In this document: in pieces, positions 20,344 through 31,000 of the stretch
Numbering within the stretch: position 1 is the first letter of the stretch
Layout of the letters: each line of letters starts with the position of its first letter
Sequence record: MN013077.1
DNA length: 64,000 nt
DNA from: Klebsiella phage vB_KaeM_KaOmega
Reading direction: 5' to 3' (one strand)
Made by a program: the position numbers and the translations under genes
The notes under the pieces: model-generated
Databases searched by the model: none
What the model saw: the letters and a program-made list of their open reading frames with translations, nothing else
Told to the model about the DNA's origin: nothing

Positions 20344-21323
20344 TGCGAGCTATGGAGAGGACTTACACACTGGTGATTGGTCGCCCGGTTATCATTGGTG
20401 AAAAACCTGTGAACATCGAGAAGTTTGCCAACACCAGTAAGGGTGATGCCTACGAGATCAAAGACCTTCATATTGATTTCAACATCAAGAAGGACAACTC
20501 GAAGGAGCCAAACAAGGGCTACGTCACCGTGTTCAACTTGTCAGACGAGGTGGTAAACTACCTCTCTGTCAACCAGCGTGAATCTCTTGCTGTTATGCTT
20601 CATGCCGGGTACAATGGTGATGAGAAGCTAATCTTCTCTGGTACGGTGGAGTACGTTGAGGATAACTTCCCACAAGAGACCCGAGAAACCAAATTCATCT
20701 TGGGTGACGGGACATTGAACCTGACCACCGCCACCACGGCTCGTTCATATCGCAAAGGCACGTCGCTAAACAGCGTCCTTAACGACCTGATCGCCGATTT
20801 GAAGTTGCCCAAAGGGCGTGTCATCGACTTTGGCAATCAAACACTCCAGACCTCAATGGCCTTCACCGGAACTGCATCCCAAAACCTTGCCAACTTGGCT
20901 AAGAATACTGGATCTACGTTCTCAGTGCAAGATGGGGCGGTATATTGGACCCGTGAAGGTTCTCGTTTCAACAACGTCATGTTCGAGATTTCAGAAGAGG
21001 GCGGCATGGTCGGGACACCAACCCCGAAACAGCCGTCGTCCTCCAAGAAACTGATCAAGGCAAAGGCAAAAGAGAAGGCCGGAGAGAAGCCGAAAGCTCC
21101 TTCCAAGAAGCAGAAGGAACATGACATCAAGGAAGATGTGGGTATGACTGTTTCCACCCTTCTTAATGGAGCCATCCTGCCTGAGTCTACTGTATACCTG
21201 AATACCCGTTACCACAAAGGTTTTTACAAGGTTGCGGAACTTACCCACCGGGGCGGTTACGAAACCGGAGAATGGGTGACTGAACTGGGACTCGTCGAAA
21301 CACGTGGCGAATTGATCAAATAA
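20343..21323 (+). CDS. baseplate hub candidate
   Basis: 326 aa immediately upstream of the spike gene. Confidence 0.45.
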   Translation: MRAMERTYTLVIGRPVIIGEKPVNIEKFANTSKGDAYEIKDLHIDFNIKKDNSKEPNKGYVTVFNLSDEVVNYLSVNQRESLAVMLHAGYNGDEKLIFSGTVEYVEDNFPQETRETKFILGDGTLNLTTATTARSYRKGTSLNSVLNDLIADLKLPKGRVIDFGNQTLQTSMAFTGTASQNLANLAKNTGSTFSVQDGAVYWTREGSRFNNVMFEISEEGGMVGTPTPKQPSSSKKLIKAKAKEKAGEKPKAPSKKQKEHDIKEDVGMTVSTLLNGAILPESTVYLNTRYHKGFYKVAELTHRGGYETGEWVTELGLVETRGELIK

Positions 21324-21332
21324 GGAGTTGAC

Positions 21333-22025
21333 GTGGCATACACAGATCGTTATGATGCTGCTTTCGGGATTTACATTTCCCGGTTCCTGCGTAACAACGT
21401 CCACACGAATATCCGTGGGAAAGTGGTAGGGGTGAATTACAGTGTGCCATCAGTTGATGTCCAACCGATGGCCTACACAGAGTTCCCTTCTGGCACGACG
21501 GACCGTTACCCGGTCATTTACGATGTCCCCGTCCTGTTGCCGTCTGGAGCAGGGGGAAAGGCCCGGCTTACAATGCCGATCAAGGCGGGGGATGTCGTCG
21601 GGTTGTCATTCTCAGAGAGGAACGAGGGTGACAACAACGACCAGAACACACACCAACTATTTGCCGGGTGGGCCGTTACTCAGATCTTCACAGATGGGAA
21701 TGCCAAGGCCATTGATCCAAACAACGTTGTCTTGGAGAATGACAAGGCCATCGTGACATTGAAGCCCAATGGTGACACATCCCTAAAAAACCCGAAGGTC
21801 TCCGTGGAGGCTCTTGCAGATGGGAACGTGAAGATCAACAACGGTTCAGGCAATTTCGTGATGGACCCTTCAGGATTGGTTACCGTGAACGGTGCCCGGA
21901 TTACTCCCGCCGGGCGAGTAATCACCAAGAATGGTATCGACCTCGATTCTTTCTATCAGGAATACACGTCACACACCCACGGTGGTGTTGAGCGCGGTGG
22001 TTCCAACACCAACCCGCCGAACTAA
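21333..22025 (+). CDS. baseplate central spike (gpV-like); GTG start
   Basis: 230 aa with an OB-like N-terminus, Gly/Asn-rich beta repeats and a C-terminal SHTHGG (HxH tip motif typical of spike apex metal sites). Confidence 0.55.
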   Translation: MAYTDRYDAAFGIYISRFLRNNVHTNIRGKVVGVNYSVPSVDVQPMAYTEFPSGTTDRYPVIYDVPVLLPSGAGGKARLTMPIKAGDVVGLSFSERNEGDNNDQNTHQLFAGWAVTQIFTDGNAKAIDPNNVVLENDKAIVTLKPNGDTSLKNPKVSVEALADGNVKINNGSGNFVMDPSGLVTVNGARITPAGRVITKNGIDLDSFYQEYTSHTHGGVERGGSNTNPPN

Positions 22026-22033
22026 GGAGAAAC

Positions 22034-22567
22034 ATGGCTACTCAGTTCAAAGACCTGCTCCTCGATCCCCTTACGGGGGATCTGGACTTCGGCACCCCGG
22101 GCGACCGGGGGATGAGACTGGCCCTTACCAACCAGTTGTCCCTGCGCCAGCGTCTCTATCTCCGATTCGCTATTTGGTCAGGTGACTGGTACTTCGATGA
22201 GACCTTTGGTTTCCCTTATCGAACTTTCGTGGGGAAGAAAACCGTCAAAGCTGTTCTCGACGGCAGGATCAAATCAGAGGTACGGCAAGAGCCTGACGTT
22301 CTTCAGATCACAGACTTCCAATCCACGATGGACGTTGTGGCCCGTTCTTACAAATGCTTCTTCACAGTCGTCACAGCCGAAGGTGAAGAGATCAACCTGG
22401 CGTTTGTTGGTGAGGACGAGTACCAATATCCTACACCACCAGAGAGCAACGTGCAACTCTGTGGTGACGAGGGAGTCATCATCAACTTCAAGAACAAATT
22501 GTATTACCTCATCAACTTCCGCCTACCTAAATATGGCGACAGTACATGGGTCAATACTTGGAAATGA
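22034..22567 (+). CDS. baseplate wedge protein (gpW/gp25-like)
   Basis: 177 aa between the spike and J-like genes. Confidence 0.5.
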   Translation: MATQFKDLLLDPLTGDLDFGTPGDRGMRLALTNQLSLRQRLYLRFAIWSGDWYFDETFGFPYRTFVGKKTVKAVLDGRIKSEVRQEPDVLQITDFQSTMDVVARSYKCFFTVVTAEGEEINLAFVGEDEYQYPTPPESNVQLCGDEGVIINFKNKLYYLINFRLPKYGDSTWVNTWK

Positions 22568-22568
22568 C

Positions 22569-22600
22569 AAAGGGAGCCTCTGGCTCCCTTTTCTTTTAAT
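22569..22600 (+). terminator. rho-independent terminator (possibly partial)
   Basis: aagggagcc-tctg-ggctccctt followed by ttcttttaat. Confidence 0.7.
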
Positions 22601-22656
22601 TCTCAGTGGAATATGATAAAATACGCTTATCGCCTAATTTAAGCGCAGGAGGAGTA

Positions 22657-24141
22657 ATGGCGGAGAATTACGGTTTGACAGGCAGCGGATTTAACCTCCC
22701 GCCGATGGATGACCTTGTTCAGGAAACGAAGAAGACTTTCAAGTCCGCCTTTGGTGAAGATTTCAACACCGAGAGCAACTCCGTTGCCGACAAGCTGATT
22801 CAGATTTTTAACGAGCGAGAGTATCAACTCTGGCTTTTGATGGGTTCTGTTTACTACGCTCAGACCATGCAGGGTGCAGAAGGCATCTACCTCGATGACC
22901 TTTTGGGCAAGCGAGGCATCTATCGCCTCGGAAAGACCCGCAGTACAGGGTCCGTCGTCATGACGATTGACTCTTCAGTACCGTACAACATGATTTACTC
23001 TGCATCCACCTACACGATCGATACCGATTATGAACTGTCTTCTGACGTTCAGGTGGCAGGGAACATTGTGGCCCAGCTTATCAAGGGCACTGACTTGACA
23101 GTTGGAACTTACCGACTTCAAATCCAGAACACAACAGACCAGTCTGTAAAGACCCTCTCTCTGAACCTGACAGCGACATCTGGTCAACCCCTGATGACAT
23201 TCTTCGGGCAGATCAAGGACTTCATCGTAAACAACACGATCCTGTCCAACCAAGATCGCATCTGGATCGACTCCACAGAGGGCGCTCTGTACATTGGCTA
23301 TGATACTAACAAGAACATGATCGGCTTGTCAAGTCGCGTGGACTTCCGTACAAACCCGATGGCAGGCACAAGAAGCATCTCTATGGACGTCCGCTCTATC
23401 GAGCCTGGGTACATCTCCCGTGACGTTAACTCTGTCCGCAGCATCAACCCAACCCCGGGCGGATTTGTTGACATTGACAACCTGACGGCCTTCATTGATG
23501 GCTCCGATGTTGAATCGGACAACGAGTACCGCATCCGCGCCACTCAGTCAATCAATGAGGGGAAAGCCACTCGCCCAGCGATCCTTGCAGCACTGCTCAA
23601 TAAGGTGGAAGGGATCGAGAAGGTCAGGATCTTCAATAACAACACGGACAAGACCAACAGCCTTGGAATCCCTCCTTACCGATTCATGACTGTATGCTAT
23701 GGTGGAGGAACCGCAGAGATTAGCCAAGTCCTTTATGACACGATCGCTGCATCCAACAACACATATGGCGATACCTTCTACGACATCACGACGGAAGACG
23801 ACCAAGTGGAGCGTATCTGGCACACCAAGGCCACGGCCCGCCAGTTGGCTATCCGTGTTCGCTATCGTGGTCGCCCATTGTCTGTTACGGAAGAGACAGC
23901 AATCGCAAACGGGTTGGCGACAGCCGTTAACGGAACGATGATTGCCGGGACACTGTATAACGTCCGTTTGGTTGGTACGGTAATGAGTTCAACCTCCCCA
24001 GATCGATTCACCCAAGTGTTTGTGGACATCAAGAACAAAGGGCAACCAGACTCAGCCTACGTCAACACTGACGTTACGGCGGGAACCACCCAAGTGTTCT
24101 CCCTCGAACCCGAAGACGTGATCTTCAGCCAGATCGTATAA
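22657..24141 (+). CDS. baseplate J-like protein (gpJ/gp6 family)
   Basis: About 495 aa from the ATG with an AGGAGG RBS. The ORF is open from 22606. Size and position match J. Confidence 0.55.
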   Translation: MAENYGLTGSGFNLPPMDDLVQETKKTFKSAFGEDFNTESNSVADKLIQIFNEREYQLWLLMGSVYYAQTMQGAEGIYLDDLLGKRGIYRLGKTRSTGSVVMTIDSSVPYNMIYSASTYTIDTDYELSSDVQVAGNIVAQLIKGTDLTVGTYRLQIQNTTDQSVKTLSLNLTATSGQPLMTFFGQIKDFIVNNTILSNQDRIWIDSTEGALYIGYDTNKNMIGLSSRVDFRTNPMAGTRSISMDVRSIEPGYISRDVNSVRSINPTPGGFVDIDNLTAFIDGSDVESDNEYRIRATQSINEGKATRPAILAALLNKVEGIEKVRIFNNNTDKTNSLGIPPYRFMTVCYGGGTAEISQVLYDTIAASNNTYGDTFYDITTEDDQVERIWHTKATARQLAIRVRYRGRPLSVTEETAIANGLATAVNGTMIAGTLYNVRLVGTVMSSTSPDRFTQVFVDIKNKGQPDSAYVNTDVTAGTTQVFSLEPEDVIFSQIV

Positions 24142-24150
24142 GGAGTTAAA

Positions 24151-24795
24151 ATGGCAGAGGAAGTTGTACTGAAGGATGTTAACCACATCCACCCTCTGCC
24201 GGATTTCGTGGAAGGGGGTTTCAATTATATCCCTTCCGATATCTTCAAGGACAAAGAGAACTTCGAGACAACCCTCCGAATCTTGCTCGAACGCCTTGAA
24301 TTTATCGACCAAAAGATGGTTGAGCTTGCAGAGTTGCGTACCACCCTCAATGCAGAAGACGCCATCCTCGACGAAATCGGCAGACAGTTGGGCATCTATC
24401 GGAACGGCCTGAATGACCCCGAATACCGCGCTGTGATCATGATCCTGACCGGGAACAACTCCAAGAGTGGAACCCGTTCTGAAATCATTGCAACCCTGAA
24501 ACAACTCTTCGGGGAAGATGGTGTAACAACCTACAAAGGCTACAACTACCGTCTTGATATTAACATTTTCAACACGTGTATGGAAGTCTCTGACATTCTC
24601 CCTGAGATTATCGACATGTTGCCTCTGGTGACCCATCTTCGCGTGGTTGAGAACCAAGGATACCCCTTCGGTTTCAATGGTGATGCTCAGGCATTTGGTT
24701 TCGCATCGGTCTATGACTCGGAGCGTACCGGGGCAGGTGGTATGTCCACCCTAATTTATGTATCGGACGACGAGGAAGACTGGTCGTTCACGTGA
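24151..24795 (+). CDS. baseplate protein gpI-like
   Basis: 214 aa after the J-like gene and before the tail fibre. Confidence 0.5.
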   Translation: MAEEVVLKDVNHIHPLPDFVEGGFNYIPSDIFKDKENFETTLRILLERLEFIDQKMVELAELRTTLNAEDAILDEIGRQLGIYRNGLNDPEYRAVIMILTGNNSKSGTRSEIIATLKQLFGEDGVTTYKGYNYRLDINIFNTCMEVSDILPEIIDMLPLVTHLRVVENQGYPFGFNGDAQAFGFASVYDSERTGAGGMSTLIYVSDDEEDWSFT

Positions 24796-24805
24796 GGAGA
24801 TTTTC

Positions 24806-26443
24806 ATGGCTAAACCAAAGGACCCTATTTACGTTTGGGCCGCTGCTGACGTAAACCTTCCAGGCACGGGTCGTCCTAACAAATCAAAGCCTATTGACGA
24901 CTTGCTCGCCAAAGGTTATGATAAAGGGCAAAAGCCAGCGGCAGAAGAGTTCAACTATATTCTGAACATGTCCTCTGCGTGGGTAGCTTGGATCGTTAAC
25001 GAAAAGTTCCCGGAACTGGAAGCAGAAATTGCCCGTCTTCTGGCTGAACTGGAAGCCCGGATCAATCAGCAGTTGGATGTTATCCGTCAGGATATTGCAA
25101 AGGTCAAGCAGGACCTTGCGGACCTGAAGCGTTACGTTGACCAACAGGTGGCCTTGCTGAAGCAAGAGATCCAAGGTGTTCGTAACGATCTCAACAAGCT
25201 GCGTCAAGACTTTGATGCTGCCATCGCGCAGGTTAATGGTCGTATTGATGACCTCGAACCTCGTCTCGTGCCAATTGGTGCAGTAATCCCTTGGCCCGGT
25301 GCCACACCACCGAACGGCTGGTTGGAATGTAACGGTCAGGTATTCAACACAGGAACAAACCCTAAACTCTACGGCGTTCTTGGACGAAATACCGTACCTG
25401 ATTACCGTGGTCTGTTCCTGCGTGGATGGGCACATGGTTCTGGTGCTAACGATCCTGATGCTGGACGTGCTCTCGGCTCTGTTCAGGGGGACGCAATCCG
25501 AAACATCACGGGTTACTTCCCTGCGGATATCGGTCAGTCCGGGTGGATCGGTCGTTACGTCGGCGGTGCTTTCCGTGATGATGGTGGACTGACCTCTGGT
25601 GACCAAGGTTCCCGTTCCAACGAAGTGCGTAAGTATAGCTTCGACGCTTCTCGTGAAGTCCCGGTAGCTGCTGAAAACCGTCCGAAGAACATCGCAGTGA
25701 TGTACATCATCAAGACGGACCAAGCTCAGTCTTCCGGTGGTAACTCCCCGACAGCGATCGTGGTATCTCCTGACACAATCACCAACCGTGTTGGATACAC
25801 CGTCAAGGCGACAGCCAGTGTACTTCCTTCTTCCATTGCAGGTCAATATCCTGTATCATGGGCAACCCAGAACGCCTCTGTGGCGACGGTTGACGGATCT
25901 GGTAACATCCGCCTTGTTGGGCCGGGTGAAACCAACATCATCGCTTCCATCTCAACCGGGATGAACGTGGCGATTCGTGTGACGAGCTACTCTGTACTGA
26001 CCAGCATCTCCATTGCTGATCCGGGACAGATTCAGGTCGGTGATTCCAAGATGCTCGTGGTTACTAAAAACCCGGGTTCTGCAAACGAACCACTGCAATA
26101 CCTGTCCAACAACTCAGGTGTGGCAACGGTTAACGATGCAGGTTACGTAACTGGTGTTAGTGCTGGTTCTGCAACCATCACGGTACGAGGTACGCTCTCT
26201 GGAGTCTCCAGCACTCGTGCAGTAACGATTATCCCAGAGGTTGTCGCTCAGACTATCGAAGACGTTCGTCTCGGGGTCGAGCAGCAAACACCTCATAACG
26301 GCGATAACTACACGACTCCGGTTCGCGCCCCTGCGGGTTGTGCGATTACCGGGATGATGTCAGCCGGGCTGGGTCTGGATTACGGCTACTATAAAGCCAT
26401 CCAGAAGAAAGTCAATGGCGTATGGGTAACAGTCGAGGGATAA
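24806..26443 (+). CDS. tail fibre with a collar domain and Ig-like (Big_2-type) domains
   Basis: A conserved fibre N-terminus (AEEFNYILNMS), a heptad coiled-coil, a tail-collar signature (PIGAVIPWPG...PNGWLECNGQ...DYRGLFLRGW), then two Ig-like segments. Confidence 0.7.
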   Translation: MAKPKDPIYVWAAADVNLPGTGRPNKSKPIDDLLAKGYDKGQKPAAEEFNYILNMSSAWVAWIVNEKFPELEAEIARLLAELEARINQQLDVIRQDIAKVKQDLADLKRYVDQQVALLKQEIQGVRNDLNKLRQDFDAAIAQVNGRIDDLEPRLVPIGAVIPWPGATPPNGWLECNGQVFNTGTNPKLYGVLGRNTVPDYRGLFLRGWAHGSGANDPDAGRALGSVQGDAIRNITGYFPADIGQSGWIGRYVGGAFRDDGGLTSGDQGSRSNEVRKYSFDASREVPVAAENRPKNIAVMYIIKTDQAQSSGGNSPTAIVVSPDTITNRVGYTVKATASVLPSSIAGQYPVSWATQNASVATVDGSGNIRLVGPGETNIIASISTGMNVAIRVTSYSVLTSISIADPGQIQVGDSKMLVVTKNPGSANEPLQYLSNNSGVATVNDAGYVTGVSAGSATITVRGTLSGVSSTRAVTIIPEVVAQTIEDVRLGVEQQTPHNGDNYTTPVRAPAGCAITGMMSAGLGLDYGYYKAIQKKVNGVWVTVEG

Positions 26444-26445
26444 TT

Positions 26446-26958
26446 ATGCGGATGAACAACTTTGTAACATACACCCCAGAGGTGAAAGCCTTTGGGGAGG
26501 GTGTCCAGTATTTCCAGGATGACAAGGGCCGAGATTTTTACGACTCTCGTGAACTTTTCAAAAAGAAATATGTGGTATTCTTCGATGTTCACGGCGTTAT
26601 TCGTGGTTGGGCAAAGAGGGATGAGGTCACCCGCCTCCATCCGGGAGGTCTTTCTGTGGTGGATATCAACACCCTTCCTAAAGACTTCTCCTTGGAGAGC
26701 ACGTGGATCTTCAACGGTAAACAGATTGTTAAGGCGGATTTCGATCCTGCCTTTACAACCAAGGCAAGGAAGGCTGGCATTCTAAGGGTCCTCAACCCGA
26801 TGATTGTTCCCCTGCAAGATGCTGTTGAAATGGGGGATGCTACGGAAGAGGAGATTGAGAAATACAATACCCTCCGTAAGCTCCGTGTCAAACTAAATCG
26901 GATCTCTGACGACACGCCTCCGGGTGATGTTGATTGGTCTGAGTTCACCGCTGCATAA
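26446..26958 (+). CDS. tail fibre assembly chaperone (Tfa-like)
   Basis: About 170 aa directly after the fibre gene; recalled Tfa-like pattern. Confidence 0.55.
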   Translation: MRMNNFVTYTPEVKAFGEGVQYFQDDKGRDFYDSRELFKKKYVVFFDVHGVIRGWAKRDEVTRLHPGGLSVVDINTLPKDFSLESTWIFNGKQIVKADFDPAFTTKARKAGILRVLNPMIVPLQDAVEMGDATEEEIEKYNTLRKLRVKLNRISDDTPPGDVDWSEFTAA

Positions 26959-26999
26959 CCTTTAGGCCGGGCGCTTTGCCCGGCCCCAGGAGAACACAC

Positions 27000-27338
27000 A
27001 TGGCTCTTGATATTATGTTGATTCTGAAGTCTCTTTGGGGTTTGGTGACTTTCCTATTGTTGGGGGTACTCAAAATCTTTTACTCTGACTTCAAGAAAAT
27101 GCAGGAGAAGCAGGACGCTCTTGAAAAAGACCTGATCCGGCTTCGGGGTGATATGGTTAGCAAAGATAGTATTGATGACATTCTGGATCGGAAGATCAAG
27201 CATATCACCGACACTATCAGCGATATCCGTGGTGACATTACGGATATGCGGAGAGAAGCCAAAGAAGAGACCAATGCTCTTCAAAAGGACATCCGCTCTG
27301 TTCTCAACGTCATGCTGGAGAGCCGTCGCAACAAATGA
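27000..27338 (+). CDS. membrane-anchored coiled-coil protein (i-spanin-like or holin-associated)
   Basis: An N-terminal transmembrane segment (LILKSLWGLVTFLLLGVL) followed by a charged coiled-coil. The ORF is open from 26976. Confidence 0.4.
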   Translation: MALDIMLILKSLWGLVTFLLLGVLKIFYSDFKKMQEKQDALEKDLIRLRGDMVSKDSIDDILDRKIKHITDTISDIRGDITDMRREAKEETNALQKDIRSVLNVMLESRRNK

Positions 27339-27793
27339 TCACGTCCATTCTATTTGGACTCTGCTTCGTCATCCTGGCAACCCGCCCGGATGCCGGGGCC
27401 AAGATCATGGCGGGGCTATGCCTCGCCTATCTTGTTCTCGAAAACCTGATCTTTTGGTTTTTCAGCGGGGCCGAGTTCTTCGACATTACGCTGTACTTTA
27501 CCACAGCTTGGGCATTGGATTCAATACTTTTATTCACCGTGGCACTCTTTGTCCGTGGTTATCGTCAGATAGCCATTCTGGCAATGGCCTTGCCGCTCAT
27601 GCTGGTACAAGTATTCGCAATCCAATACCCAATCTTATTTCCAGATTGGATTTATTCCTTCGCCGTACAGGATGCACACAGGTACTTCATCGAGGTGTTT
27701 ATCTTCGTCTATTCCTGGAAGGACAATACAGTGTCTGAGTGGCTCAGAACAGGAACGGTTCTGGCCCTTGTTATTGTTGCCCATCTGGTGTGA
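27335..27793 (+). CDS. integral membrane protein with 4 predicted TM segments
   Basis: Four hydrophobic segments; ATGA overlap with the upstream gene. Confidence 0.5.
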   Translation: MITSILFGLCFVILATRPDAGAKIMAGLCLAYLVLENLIFWFFSGAEFFDITLYFTTAWALDSILLFTVALFVRGYRQIAILAMALPLMLVQVFAIQYPILFPDWIYSFAVQDAHRYFIEVFIFVYSWKDNTVSEWLRTGTVLALVIVAHLV

Positions 27794-27816
27794 CGCATTG
27801 ATAATGAAGGTGTTCT

Positions 27817-28080
27817 ATGCTAAAATTCTTCAAAGACCTCGTAACGTCCCCCATTGAACCAAACATGGCTTCCCACACGAAGTTCTGGTCGAATGTGGGT
27901 ATGGCGGCTATGACGGCAGTTTTCCTCTGGTACGGCTTTAACAACACCCTCCCGGAGTGGTATGTATGGGTCTATGCACCCACAGTAGTAGCACCTCACC
28001 TTCTGAGTGACCTCATCAATCTTCGTTGGGGAATTGCAAAGAAAGAAGTTGAAGTTTCCAAGAACGAAGATTCCAAATAA
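27817..28080 (+). CDS. small membrane protein with 2 TM segments (holin- or Imm-like size)
   Basis: 87 aa with a charged C-terminus. Confidence 0.45.
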   Translation: MLKFFKDLVTSPIEPNMASHTKFWSNVGMAAMTAVFLWYGFNNTLPEWYVWVYAPTVVAPHLLSDLINLRWGIAKKEVEVSKNEDSK

Positions 28081-28092
28081 GAGGAGATTCGC

Positions 28093-31000
28093 GTGTCATC
28101 CAATACCGATATCATTGCCCTGTTGAGCAGCGATGCCGACAAGGCAGTTGACCAGATCATTGAGGACTCCAAACGTCTTCACATCGTGGTCAACGGGACG
28201 GGCACCGAGCAGGCCGTCGCAGAGGATGGGAGCTTGCTCCCGTCTGTTCGCAAAGCACTGATCGATAACCTGTACTTCAAAACTCCCCCGCTGCCTTGGC
28301 GTAATGGCGGGTCTGTCAACGAGTTCAACCAGCTTTACTCCTTCACGGATGTGAGTGGGAATACCACGTGGTGGTATGCGCCTGGCGCTACGGTCTCTAA
28401 CCCTGTGGTTATGCGAGATAGTCCGATCAACGATGGCAAGTTCAAGGTGTTCTTGGATAAAACGAACATCGCTGACATCTATGCGCCTTTGAACTCACCG
28501 AACTTTGTTGGCAACCCCCGTGTTCCAACCCCGGCCCCTGGTGACAACACCAACACCATCCCTACTACAGGATGGGTTCAGAGCGAGATGGAGGATCTTG
28601 AAGATCTGATTATCTCCTCTATGAAGGGTGAGTTCGAGAACATCACCGTGCGTAACGATGCGGTCCTTCAGGACACCTACATCAACGGCGAGTTTATCGT
28701 CACAAGCCCTAAACTCTCTGCTGCGTCAACCGAGGCCACTTTCCACCGTATCCGTGTCGTTGGTACTGACACAGCGACGGAGATTGCATTCGAGCAAAAC
28801 AGCACCCCTCCAGCCGGAGCGAGCACAAAGACTAACATCAAGCCGTATACGATGTCAACTGGTATTCTTACCCTTGACCAAATCAAAGGTAAAGCGGCCC
28901 AGATTGGTGATGTGGCAGTTGCTACGGATTCCCTGAACGTAGATGGCTACATGCGTGGCGACTATCTGCACTTGGAAGGTAACAACCGAAACACGGCAGA
29001 CAGACCCCAACTGATTGTAGATGGCATCGCAGAGATCGAAACCCTGCGAGTAACCGGGACAATAGAGGGTGTTAAAGCCGACGTGGATGGCTTGGATATT
29101 CATCCTCGTAGTGCTATCATTGATGAAGGTCTTACTGTCGGCAAAGACACCTCTTTGGCTGGAAAGCTGACGGTTGCCGGGACCACTAAGGTAAAAGACC
29201 TTGAGGTGACAGGAACCCTCACAGGTGTAGCTATTAGTGTCGATGGTAAAGATATCAAGCCTCGCTCTGTGAATACTGGCAACTTGGTTGCCACGGGCGA
29301 CGTCCAGATTACCGGGTCAACGACTGCCACTGGGAAGATCACTACGCAAGACCTCGAAGTCTTGGGAACCCTGACTGCAAACTTGGACCTTTCTGGATCT
29401 GATCTCGCGGTTGATAACATGACTGTGGCCCAGACAGCGACAATCAAGGATCTGATTGTAACGGGAACAACCACCGGGGTCAAGGGTGATGTTAATGGTA
29501 CAGACATCGCTCCGGCGAAAGTAGATGCAACGGGTCCGGTAACAGCGCCTTCTGTAACCACAACAGGTAACGTTACTGTTGGTAACGACTTGACGGTAAA
29601 TGGAACCTTCCGCCCGGCGTCTATCGACAGCCCGGGAGAGATTGAAGCTGGTAATTTGACCTCCAATGGTGACATCACCCAGACGACTGGCACAACCCGC
29701 CTTGTCAACCTGGTTGTTACAGGGACGACGACGGGCGTGACTGCCGATGTCAACGGCGACGACATTACTCCACGGTCAGTCACCACGACGGCGGGAGTTA
29801 ATGTCGGAACGACTCTGAACGTAACTGGAAAGACCACTCTCGGGGACGTTGATTTTACTGGGATTGTTACCGGGCTGGATCTGGATCTTTCTCAAAAGAA
29901 CATCACGGTTAAGTCAATTGCGGCGGTCGATCCTTCTGCCTTTGGCAACGTCACCACCGACAACCTGACCAATAGCGCCAAGATTACCACTCAGGACATT
30001 CAAGTCTTGGGCGATATTCTGGATGCAGACGGTAATCCTGTCAACACATTTGACGTTACCGGGAAGGATATCCTCCCGAACAGTGTTCAGTCTGCAACGT
30101 TCATTCGTGGCAAGACCTTGGACATCTCCGAGGGATCTGTTCTCCGTGGCCCTGTTGAGTTCCGCAACGGCCTGACGGTGACCCTGGGCGACATCATGTC
30201 TCCACAAGGAAAGGCGACGTTTAACGATGTTCAGGTCAATGGTGCGCTGACAGATGCAAACGGTAATGCCATTGGCTCTGTGGAGAGCATCAAGGGCAAG
30301 GACATTGAGCCTCGTTCTGTTGTGGCGACGGTGTCTGTACAGGCCCCTCGTCTGCAATCAACCGGGGACGTGTTGGGACTGAGTGCTACGATTACGGAAA
30401 ACTTGGCGGCTGGATCACTGAATGTCAGCGGGTTGTCCGTACTGCAAGAAACTCGTGTAAATGGTAAGTTGACGGGTCACGAAACTGAACTCGACACGTT
30501 GTTGTTGAAGCGTGTTGCTGGTCAAGACACCCCTCGTTTGGTTGTTCAAGGTGACTCTGATCTCCAAGGAGACCTGAATGTCTCCGGGACCATCACTGGG
30601 GTTGTTGACCTAACGGCGCAAGACATTAACATGAACAGCCTTGGGCTGGCTCAGGGTCTTACTGCCGGGGGGAGTATTACTTCTTCCTCTACCGTAAAAG
30701 GTGTCAACGGTGTCTTTGGTGAAGGTTCTACGGTCCCTGGTGCCATCGGCCTTCAGTCCATGACCAATGCGAAGGTTGCAACAGATCTCCTTGTCGGTGA
30801 AGACCTTCGTGTAGATGGAGACACAAACCTGCTTGGTAACTTGTCTGTGACAGGAACCATTACAGGAAGCATGGACTTCGCAGGTAAAACTATCGCCCCG
30901 GAGACGGTTAATGCGACTACAGTCACGGCTACCAACCTGACAGTCACTGGAACGATTGATCTGCCCGACAGTCCTATCGTGGCTCAAGAAATTACCGCGA

